A DNA stretch of 64,000 nucleotides, from positions 186,001-250,000 of the forward strand of contig NC_081331.1 in assembly GCF_022539665.2 (NCBI RefSeq), written 5' to 3'. The notes beneath the pieces are model-generated. The model made no database searches and was not told the DNA's origin. It was given only the letters and a program-made list of their open reading frames with translations. Position 1 is the stretch's first letter; every line of letters begins with the position of its first letter. Source of the stretch: Daphnia carinata. Its lineage: Eukaryota. Below are positions 53,183 through 64,000 of the stretch, piece after piece. A program made the translations under genes and the position numbers.

Positions 53183-55732
53183 CGGCCATGCACGTGACCG
53201 GCGCGAGCCGACCAAACTCTTGTATCAAAAAAATGTTGTTCTTTTCCAAACATTCAAGTGAAAAAGAGCAAACACAAAAAAGCGCAGCAAACGTAAAACG
53301 AAAACAAGACAACAAATCAAGTTGACGGTACCCGGGGAAAAACGGGGGAACCACAAAATAAAATTTTAAAAAATGAATAAAAAAAAAAAAAAGCAAACAT
53401 AAAATATGAATATTATAAATATATATAAGCCGACGATGTCGTGTAACAGCTGACCTTTTTTTTTTTTTTTTATCTCGAATGAGATTCAAACGAAATTGCT
53501 TCCCAAAAATAAGAAGACTGGAAAATGATTAGGAAATGAGGAGAAGGCGTGAAGTACGACCGAGCCAAGAAGAAAAACACACATCCCGTTACGTTTAATT
53601 GTATATTCCGCCTACACCGTGTCATTCAATATCCATTGAGCAGCTTCTTCGTTTCTTTATTTTTTCTGTCCCTTCTCTTTTTGTTGTTGCTTCCATTTTT
53701 TGCGCTCACTAAATCTGATTTTATTGCTTTCCCCCCCCAAAAAAAAAGAAAACTTTAAATTAGAATTGAAAAGAATAGAAACTTCCTATTTCTTCTTCTG
53801 TCTGTATTGGCCACAGTTGTGGGCAGCGCAAATTATTTTTTAATTGCAACAGCCATGATGATGCGCTTCATCGCTAGACATTTCTTTCCTCTTTTTTTTT
53901 TTTGGTGATCGTTCATTTTTTGTTTATTAATAACACGTGAACTTTCATTCCCTTCTATTGTCAGACAGTTTTTTTTTTTTTTTTTTTTTGCGTTTTCGCA
54001 TCGTAATTTTAACTTTATTGCTTTCATTCTTCTTTTTTTTTTATATTCACAATTTTTATTAGTGTGTGCACAAAAGGAACCTCCCCTCGTATTATTATAC
54101 ATATTATGCAACTCTTTTTTTTTTTTTACCTGCCTCAGCTGTTCCCTTTTTTGTATTTGGTGGTAACACGTCACGTCTTCCTTCCCTGTCTTTGTTTTCG
54201 TTTTTTTTTTCTTTGTTTGGCAGGCTCCCGATGATTAGACATCACCCGCGTTTCTTTATTTTTTTTTTGTTTTCTTTGGTATGTTAATCAAATATGGAGA
54301 CGACCTCCGCCTGTGCCTTGCATTATAACTTTGAAAAAAAAAAAAAAAAAAAAAGTTCGCTCATTTGCCCTCCATCTTTTCACGAGATTTGTCAAAAATG
54401 TTGGCTACGTTTGGACGCGTGCGCGCGCACAACATGCTGAATCATTCATGTATGCAAATAAGACTTGTGTAACATTTTTCCTAATTCGAAATTTTCTTTT
54501 CTATTTTATTTCTCTCAACAACCGTGTTTCTCATCTGCCTGAAGATTTTCTCTTTTATCCGCACTTTTCCAAAATCCCATTTTTCCAGGTAGAACTCGTT
54601 TCTTTTTTTCCCTCACTTTTTCATTTTTTTTTTTTTTTTATTATTTCCCAGTCGATGTTGCACGTGTGTTATCAATATACATAAATACTGATTCGTCCCC
54701 CGAAAATAAAAGACAAGCAAGTAGACTGGAACAAGCACCGAGTAAAGGAAAGCCAAGTCTGGTAGACCATTACTAGGACAATCTCTGCATTCGATTTGAG
54801 CCAGTGATTTCTTTTTCTTTCTCACCCAGAAAACCATGGAACATATTTTTATTTAATTGAATCTATTGCGCTGAATCGTACGAAAAAAACGTAGCATTTG
54901 CATCTACTTTAATGGGTTTTGTGTATAGGCTTTCGGCAGACGTTGGGCGCCAGATGTATTAAAACGTCTACAATAGAATAAAAGGGTTCGAATTCTATTG
55001 TGCAGTGCTGAGTTATGAACAGAGTCTTTGAAAAAAAATCCCGAAAAGCAAAAAGAAAAGAAACGATTTTGTTGCAAATCGGGGCCGGGTGAGAGATCGA
55101 CGCAGACGCAGCGTGAAGAGAAAAAAAACGTATCGTGTTGTAACGACATCGTCGTGGGAAAGAGGAAAATGCGGAAGAAGACGAGACGCCTCTCTAAACA
55201 AGAAGAAGAAGAACGACCAAAGAAAAGGGTCACGACCGAGCGCGCCTCCTTTTTTTTTTTTTTTTTTAATACCGTGAACAGCCATCACGTCCTCACATCA
55301 TTTCACCCATTCTGAAACTGATTTCTTTTTTTTTTTTTTTTTTAGGTCTTCCTTTTGTTTGCCATTTTTTTTTTTTCTTTCTGAACTTCAGTCCGGTTGC
55401 GTTTTGCTCAACGATTTCTTTCTTGAAATGCTGTGTTTTAGTTAATGAGCAGAAAATGTTGAGTTGTTTGGCCGTATCGTGTAATGTACAGAGTATAATG
55501 TCAGAGGAAAACGGTTCACGAGATTTTTTACCCTGCTTGTAACAAATCTAGCCTCCAATGCAGCGGGCTGCCACATTGGCAAAGATGCTTTGGCGTTCGC
55601 CATTTGTTATGAACACACACACAGAAAAGAGAAAGAAAAGCAGAATCGATTACTATACATTAGTTATAATAGATACAAGCACGCACACATGTGCGCAAAA
55701 CACACACGGAGAGACGTTGAGAAAATAGAAGT

Positions 55733-58700
55733 TTAACACGCTAGTTTGCACTGGCCGAGTCGGTTCAATCGTTCCGGCTCTGAACACGAATGCGATTTGC
55801 ACAGGAGAGCGGATGGTTGCAAACGACGCACCACTTCGACGCAGCTCGGTCGCTCGGCTGCATCGTACGCCCAGCAACATGTCATCAAAGCCTTTATATT
55901 TAGATTAGAAAATATACATTAGAAGACCGAGCGCATGTTGGATCGGAGAATTTGAATTTAATACCTTAAGACGAGCATTGCATTTGACGTCTTGCAAACT
56001 GGTTGTGTGGCCGGTGCCGATCCGCCACAGGATCGAGTCGACTTGCTCTTGGTGGAACGGAGGACTGCCGGAAATGAGATCGTACATAAAAGACCTGCAT
56101 CATCAAAAAGAATGTTAATCATGACAACATAAAAAAAAAAACGAGTTTGAATCTCGTGTTGAACAATAGATCAAGAACAATAGGCTCGAACGTGTGAGAA
56201 CGAGTAAATCTATTCGAAAGGAAAGTGTGACAGGTAATAAGACGAACGACAGTCTAAAAAGAAAAATGAGAAATCGAGACTTACCCTAATGCATAGACGT
56301 CACTGAACTTGGTACTTTGAATCGTGAAATGAACTTCGGGCGGTTGAACGATCATCGATCGCACCAATTCAGGGCTGTAGTAGCTCACTTGCGTTTTCGG
56401 TATGCACCCGTAATTGATTCTTGACGTGATGGATTTCAAAAAAAAATTTAAGACATTAAATGAAGAACGAACACGTACAAAATCAAAATCGAAACTCACT
56501 GCGTGGCAACCGTGTCGACGAGTCCGTGATCGAGCAAAGAGAGTTTGACCCGGTAGTTGTCGCCTTCCAGGAAAATGTTGTGCGGATTGAGTTTGCCGTG
56601 GACGATTCCGCGGGCGTGCAGGTAGCCCGTCGCCTGCGCCACCTGTCTCGAAATGCTGACGGCCGCTCGCATTCTGTGTTTAAAAAACAACAATTCTATT
56701 TTATTTGTTTAACTTTTGGGGGAGAAAAAATGAAACGAACCCGATTCTTTCCGGTTTGCCGTGTTTGAGGCCGAGACGAAAGTTAGCGACGGACACGCCG
56801 CGCGGTGCGCTGTTGACGATCGTGTAACTGGTGCCCAACGGCGGGATGGCGATGCCCATGAACAGCAGCAGATTCTCGTGACGCAGTTTGGACAAGGACT
56901 GCACGTCAGACCAGAAGGCGCTCACTTCGACGTCACTTTGCAATTTGAATTGGTGGATGATGACGTCACCGTGCCACTTGCCCCTATTTCAATCATCCAC
57001 AATGAAATGGATCGATCAACATATGCAAAATAGTAAACCCTACCGGTTGATGGTGCACGAGCCTCTTTGGCAGATGACTGGGCCGAATTGGATGTCGCTC
57101 CACGGTATGATCCACTCGGCGTCGATCTCCTTGTCCGTCTCGTTCAGCAGCGTTTCCTGCTTATCAAAGTGGGTCGTGATGATGCCGCTTTGGCTGTAAC
57201 TGGACGTAGGCGTGGCCGGAGGTGCCTCGAATCCGAGCCGAGATTCGCCGACAGACGGCAGCTCCAACCGATCCCGCGTGTTGGCCGCTGCCGCTCCGCT
57301 CGCATTGGCGTGTGCCGTCCACGACGATGGAGGAAGAGGTAAGGCCGAAGACAGGGACGAAGAGGACGACAACGAAGACGACGATGGCGACATGGAAGAG
57401 GATGAAGAGAACGACCTCTCTTCGATGCGAGGATGAGCCATAGGCGGACGCGTGAAAGGGTTGGCAGCCGGACGGGCTGGCCGAGTCACGTCGAAAATCA
57501 TGGGGGCCGATTGATTGCGTCCAGCTGTAGCGACGGCCATGAATCCTTGAAGCGACTCTTGGCTGCAGCAGTGCTGCATGGCCGACGACGTTGCGCGATC
57601 GACGACCACCACTTCCGAATAGCGTCGATGGCTCGTCTTCTTGCGGCTCAGCCATTCCATTAAACGTTTGTAGAAACCGTTGGTGGCTTTGCTCGTCTTG
57701 TTGCGGCCGGCCGAGTGGCCCGATCGGTTCCTCGGTGCGCTAGCCGTGACCAAGACTTGATGGTGGTGCGTTGTCTGATGGCCGGTAGAGGAGCCGGCCA
57801 GTCCGAGCAATGCCGGAACTTGATGGCACAGCGAACTGGCGCCTTCATTGCCGTGCGATGGTGAGAAATGAAAGGACGAAGTAGACGAAGATTCTTCTAG
57901 AAAATGCACATGAAAATGGTTAGTTAAAAATGGCAATCATCAAGCCATTGTGGGTGGTCAAACAAGGTCGCCATGTTTTCACGTTCGCCTATTTTGCACG
58001 GCGAACGAGAAGCCCACGCACACGATATTTTCTGATTAAAAAGTAGGTGGCCTCAATTGCTAATTGGCTTCTTCTTCTTCTTCTATCCCGATGATGATGC
58101 AAACTTTGTCCCCCCCCCCCCCCTTTTATCTTTGTCGTTGCCTACACCGTAGAAACGGATCCTTAACGGATGGTCGGCTCCCGCCCAATACGGTCCCTTC
58201 TTCGAAACAGCTTTTTATTTTCTTTCCTCTCTTTCTATCTCTCTTTTTCTTGCCGTGTGTGTGTGCGTCTCGATTCACCGCCACTCCCCACCACTTTTTC
58301 AATCAATAACTGGCGGCATCGTGTGTCCTATTGCAAACGGCCAAACCTTCTGGCAGGTGATGCCTTCGTCTGAAAAACGGAAATGCACGTTGAACGAAAC
58401 AATCTGTGCCACTGTGACGTTGCAAAATTTTGCACCGTGACACCCAGCCCAAATTAAAAAAAAGACACTCTAAAACTGCAAATTGGTGAGCGCTAAAAAG
58501 ACTAGAACTAAGAAAATGCATAATTAAGGTGACGTATTGATTTGCGTACCACATCGTCGCCGAGGTGTCAAACGATGAAACTTCCTCATCCTTGTTTCTC
58601 TCTCTCTTTGCCAGAGGGCAATCCCCACTTGAAAAAAACTGAGTCGATATGGATGACACCAAGCACAAAACAGAAGGAAAGGAATGAACTCAGCGTGCGT

Positions 58701-60967
58701 CGAAATGATCAAAGGGCGATGCACGGACGTTGAAAACTGTCGCATCCAAGATCGCAGCAGCTGCCTCTTTTATATGGCGTTTTTGCAGCCAGTGCATGAT
58801 GTATTTACAAGATGTGGGGCGTCGGCGTCGTAGAAGACGGAGGGCTGCACAAGCGCACAACGCTCGTCTTCGTTCGACGTCGTCTAGAGCAGAAACCATT
58901 AGCGACGTCGTACACCCCACGCTCTACCACCCTGATCGAGAACCTTTTCGTCTTTTGTTTAGTTTTTTTTTTTTTTTTTTGGCCGGTTAAACCAATTAAA
59001 AACGTGTTGATCAATTCATTTCATCTCATTTTACGTGCCAATGTCGAGTCTTTTCTCAGCCTGCCTTGATCTCGATGCAACGAAAATTCACGCAGTCAGT
59101 CTTCGTTCAACTCGGATGGCAAACTTTTTCATTCGCTATATGCAAAATAGGCGGATCGATCGTACACCGTGATCCAGCGTGCCAAATGAATAGTACAGTA
59201 TTATACCGTTGTAGGAGTGGATTGCCGTGCGCAGTTTTTATCAAAAAGAGGGGCGACCTGTTGCCAAGGGAAAGGTCGCCGAACGACGTTACTAGGGCGC
59301 CGTCCCGGACGACCGAAGTGCGGCACGGCGATGAAGGACGTCAGCGACGGCAACAACAATTTGAATTCAGTGGCAGACGTCACAGCAGCCGGGCCGTTTG
59401 CGGACGTAACGCAATCCAAACAGACGATGCAGAGCGTGCAGCTGCAAAAACGTGAGCGATGCACAACTGTTGCACTCGACGCTTCGAATGTCACGTAGAC
59501 GCCGTGCGTTCATTTGCGTGTGTCTGAGACATGAGGAAACATTCACGCTCTTTGTGACCAATTGAACGATAGAGACGCCGTAGCTACAGCCGTTGTATAA
59601 TAAATGCTAGACGATGGCCAAATCTAATCGAGCGGACGAGATCAATGACGTCATATCGCAGCGCATTGTGAATCCCTAAGTTTGTTTTTGAGGCTATGGA
59701 GAAAATGGCGCATCCGTCATCGATTGACGTCGGCTTTGCGTCGGCTGATGTCGTCAAACCGCATTTTCGATTTACGATGGACTTGCAGTCTACGTGTCTA
59801 CACTCTTCGAATGACGTCGGTTGCGTCTCCTAGAAAGGTGGGCAAAAGGGGGGAGGGTTAATGCGGCGTCGTTAAGGATCCCCGGCTTCAATTCGAAGAT
59901 GAGCTGACGCTAGAAGACAAGGTGGGTCGCACGCTAGAAAAGACCTAACTACACGTGTAACCTTGGTCACGAGGAAAAAAAAAAAAATGACGTAAAAAGG
60001 GCGTGGCATTGGCGATGAGGGAGGGGGGGGGAAGTGTCTCAAAAGAGAAGGAAGACGACGTCAAGCGGAAAGCGGATCGTGACGCGATCGGCAGTTAACA
60101 AACGCGCAACACTTCCCGGTAAAACATGCGAAACTGGAAGTGGAAAGCGGAATCTCGTTCACGAATGCAACACGCGAATACATCAATAAGAAATAAAGAC
60201 GTTTCCTGCAAACACACACCTGATCACGTACCGAGTTGTGTCAGACAAAAATCAATCAACGAATTGTGTTGACCAGCAAGACTTCCGGTCATTTCTATTG
60301 ATCCAGTTGTTTGGTCATTGTTCGCCGTCTTTCTTCCAAGTCTCACTCGTTCGAAAAAAAAAGAACAAAAAAACAAGGAAAAACAAGATTGGTACGATAT
60401 GTCGTGCCACTGTCGTGCACAAAGCTCGTCAAAGAGAGTCGACCGTGACCTACTCCTCTTTCTCCCGACTTGATCAAAACAAATTCGGCTTGTATAGCGT
60501 GTCGCAAAGTGATTACAGCTCATTTGTTTTTAACGGTGAAATATGAGTCCAACGTGCGAAGGACTTCTTTTCTAAAATTAGCAGCGACGCATGACGTCAG
60601 CGAATTTAATCAACGTATCAACACCTCACACCTTACAAGAAAAGACCGTGGTGTGAAAGAGAGATTTCTAAAATGCATCGCTATACACGCAATCATTTAA
60701 CATTGAACTCAATTGACCCATTCAACATAAATTCGTCTGAATAATAATTGAAACTTACCATCATCGTTGGATAAACTGGGCGACATTGGCGAAAGTGGAG
60801 GGCTGCTGGTTGTGCTGCTACTGCACACACTCGCGCTATCGTCGGCATAGCCCCTGTTCAAAGTCAATGGTCAATCCAATATCGCTAATCGATGACAATT
60901 TATTGACGTACCTGATGTGATATTGATTGAATACGCTCCAAGGTATACCGAATGTTGGGTAATCCAT
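55733..60967 (-). CDS. KSR/RAF-family (TKL) pseudokinase, ~614 aa
   Basis: Exons 60967-60912, 60853-60759, 57896-57044, 56983-56741, 56673-56500, 56419-56285, 56094-55965, 55891-55733; phase-consistent with no internal stops. KSR-like motifs EWIIPWSDI, RGKWHGDV, LRHENLLLFMG, GYLHARGIVH, YYSPELVR, SDVYALG, ILWRIGTG, CWAYDAAERP. Catalytic motifs are altered (VIIH, HGK, DHG). Confidence 0.88.
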
Positions 60968-61057
60968 TTTTGTTTTTCTTCTTGCTCTCATCAACAACGA
61001 GTCACTTGTGTCTTTCCCCCCCGAACGTTGGGCGTGTGCGATTAAAACACAATTCTA

Positions 61058-61063
61058 AACTGA
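61058..61063 (-). promoter_or_regulatory. Inr (TCAGTT) of the KSR-like gene
   Basis: Consensus Inr ~95 nt upstream of the ATG at 60967 (CAAAAATGG context). No DPE at +28. Confidence 0.45.
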
Positions 61064-64000
61064 CTAGAACTGCCGCGTCTAATCAAAAAATAAAAATGAA
61101 AAAGAAGCGTGACGACCCACGACACACGTCTGTCGGCCACGAAGTTTTACTCGAAAATGAGTTCGACTTTTTGAGTAGCATTAAATATATGTAGGGGGAG
61201 GCCAACCGATATAGAACCATTAGAAGCAAGGGCGAACTAAACCCTAATGGGATAACGTAGGACGTCTCTACATAACCCACCTACACACCCTTCTACAATA
61301 CATATGCCATTACCTTTATAAAAAGAGAGGGTGGGAAAAAAAAAACACCCTCTCCTTGTGATTGGTCCCCTCCCTTCACTCACTTTCCACCTTAGGTTTT
61401 CTATTGTAGTTTTAGAGTATAGAGGAGACATGGGAAGAAAAAGGACTCGTTTTTTTTTTCTTCTATTTTGTTCGGTCCTATACGTTCGACACGACACGCA
61501 TCAGTCTGCAGGATCTGTTGGCCCCGTGTGCCGGGCTCCCCCTTTTTTTTTATTCCGTGTTGAGTTTGGTGCCGAACCAAACAGCTGTCGTTTTCCCCTC
61601 TCTCTTTCAGGACTGGATCTAATGCAGCCTGTCGTCATTTGCATCCGTTCTGCTGAAGCAGGCAGTTTGACTGTACAAAAGAAGCCCTTGTATATTGGCG
61701 ATGAAGCGGGCCAACAACTGCAGACGGCCAAAAACAATCGTCAGCTCCAGCTCCGATAGGCGATTTTATTTGACAAACATTGGAATAGCACCTTGAATAG
61801 AGATTGCTGTTTTACAGAGCCCACATAATAAAATCGATGGAATAATGAAAGTATATGATTCACGTCCGTTCAACTCTTTCTTAGCTAAATCATTTGTGAT
61901 ATTTAGTCGGTCGTATAAACAATGTGTTGAATTTCTTTCTGCTTATCACTTTGACTTGACTCTTCACATTTTCCTTATATTCAAATTTAATATCATCTTC
62001 TAGGTATCGGTCGTTGATTTCCATCGAGTTCTCAAAAACCCTCTTACGTATTAATAGAGTGGTTGGACGACATCGTTGCACGCCAACTCTATTGGCCTTC
62101 TTCTCCACTGATTTTGGGGTACAATTATTCGACATATCTCGTAGAGATTAAAGCCGATCGGGGCTAGCGTCCAAAAAGAACGACCTACTGGTGCGTGCAT
62201 TGCCCCATGTTGAGTTTCACGTCATCCATTTGACACTTGATGCCCTTAAAAAAACGCACCGTCTTCTTGGAACAAAACAACTTTCTTCTCAACCTTTTTT
62301 TTTTTTTTCTTGTCCTTACAATTGTTGTGATTTTCGTTGTTCATTTTGGAAATTTCATTTTTCAGCTTGACGTGTCGCAGGGGAAAAAAGTGAAAGATTA
62401 TCAAGTTCGATAACATTTTGACATCTTCCAAGAACGTTGATGCCGGGCCACTCTAAATGGCTGCCTAATCCAAGTGAATGTGTATTCTGAAATGATGAAC
62501 AATAACGAATTAAAGGAAAACCATTTGGCCTGCTGTATATGCTAGACGTGCTGCTGCAAAAGACGCAAGACTAAACACTGCAGCGCACAAGGAGCTGACA
62601 GCTGCCAAGTCAATTAGCCGCCATTAAATTGCCTTTTTTTTTTTCTTCCAGGTGTACGTATTTTTCCTTGCCTTCATCGTCCGTGTTTTTCCTTGCCGTA
62701 CCCTCCCACATTCGAAGTCGATTCCTAAATCGTTGTTGATTTCGCTGACGTGGCCACCTCCCGAAACTGTCCCAAGTTAAATGCACCTCAAAATGGCAAT
62801 TTTTAGCACAAAGAAAAACAAAGCAGTGAAAGAAAAATAGAATGGTGGTAAAGCTATTTTATTCGGAGTTTGAATGCGTAGCTCGTGGCAGCAAAAGCTG
62901 CAGGCCATCGTTTCTAATTGAACTGGACAACATCTATAGCCCGTCACAAGTAAATACACATTGAGAAAAGCAAAAGGGATAGGTAAAACGAGCATGTGTT
63001 CAAAAACCAAGCTTAATTCTCATTTTTTTTAAAGCTGCAGATGGTCGCTTTCCCTCATCGGTCCATCTACCACCTTTTGGGCCCCTCGACCTCGACCATC
63101 AGCCCTCCATATCTCCCTGCTGTTGGGCACGCGACCGGCAGATGTTTCGACGCAGACAACCCCCCAACATGACCTGTTGATCTTTTTTTCTTTCTGCATG
63201 CATGCGCCACTGAACTAGCTGCCCCCCTTCATACACATTTTGAACGGCTACAGCAGGGAATTGACATACGAATAGACTTTTGACTCGTTATGTGTTGCGA
63301 GATGGCCTGTAGCAGTGTTACCTGGACGGGTACATAAATATAGAAGGTGAACGCAATGAGATATCATCAACCGAGCAAAAGAAACAAAAATTCTATTTCA
63401 AGCTGATGCAACGCGTGCACCTTGAATTATTGATTTTTTTGGCTGGTATAAGGATAGACTTGGGGCTTAGTAGCGAAAATCCTTGTATAAGCGGTTCGCC
63501 TTAAAAAGAGGCAGACAGGTGATGGCGTGTGCGTCCCTTCTAGAGCATAACAAATCGAGGCCATTCGATCACGTGTGGACTATTCAATATACGATGGGGT
63601 ACGTGGCCATCGGAGATGTTTTCTTTTTATACTTGAACACAAATGGTTGCCAAAACCTTGGGATAAAAAACAATCTGCTCGTCCGCCCTCACAATGTAAC
63701 CAACGTCTCCCACCTTTTATTGGACATGTTTGAAATTTGCATCATTCCTTTTTCTTTTTTTTTTTCCCTGTTGGTTAAATGCTTAACGGTGTACACATAA
63801 TATTCAGTTTTGCTTGGTTTTTGTTTGTTTCGATGCCCGTCATCGTTTTTCCTCGTAAATGCTAACTTTTTCCAAGCTGGGCATGGAAGAAATATCATGA
63901 CCAGCATATTAAACATCCCGTAAACTTTGCCAAAGAGGATGCCCAAGCGATGCTCATTAAGCGGCCCGTTGAAGACTTGATTTAAAAGAAATGCTGTACG

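Noticed and set aside
53180..53197. TGA-CGG leaky stop context in the arrestin gene
   Set aside because: Readthrough would add only about five residues before the next TGA and no motif.
55736..55750. Cys-containing C-terminus (CKLAC) as a prenylation signal
   Set aside because: It does not fit CaaX, CC or CxC spacing.
1..64000. Many 60-175 aa ORFs rich in K, F, ER or HT
   Set aside because: They are translations of poly-A/T and dinucleotide microsatellites, with no coding signature or domain motifs.

Overview
This is eukaryotic (arthropod) genomic DNA. The short 60-80 nt GT-AG introns, long A/T homopolymers and CpG-rich non-coding DNA suggest a Daphnia-like crustacean (inference). Five spliced protein-coding genes were reconstructed by hand with consistent exon phases: (1) a TTC25/ODAD4-like TPR protein (+, 16452-21209) with a ~775-aa low-complexity N-terminus and a candidate alternative first exon at 11177-11662; (2) an Sp5/buttonhead zinc-finger factor (+, 28831-30377); (3) ARMC6 (+, 33258-35405); (4) an alpha-arrestin of the Vdup1/TXNIP type (+, ~39901-53182); (5) a KSR/RAF-family pseudokinase lacking the usual N-terminal domains (-, 60967-55733). 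Also present are a minus-strand Inr+DPE promoter at 6650 with no coding exon found in the window, and a candidate spliced non-coding transcript head-to-head with ARMC6 that has hairpin-rich introns. No rRNA, tRNA, CRISPR array or intact transposase was found. Most ORFs in the supplied track are homopolymer artefacts. Family assignments come from recalled protein motifs, not database searches.
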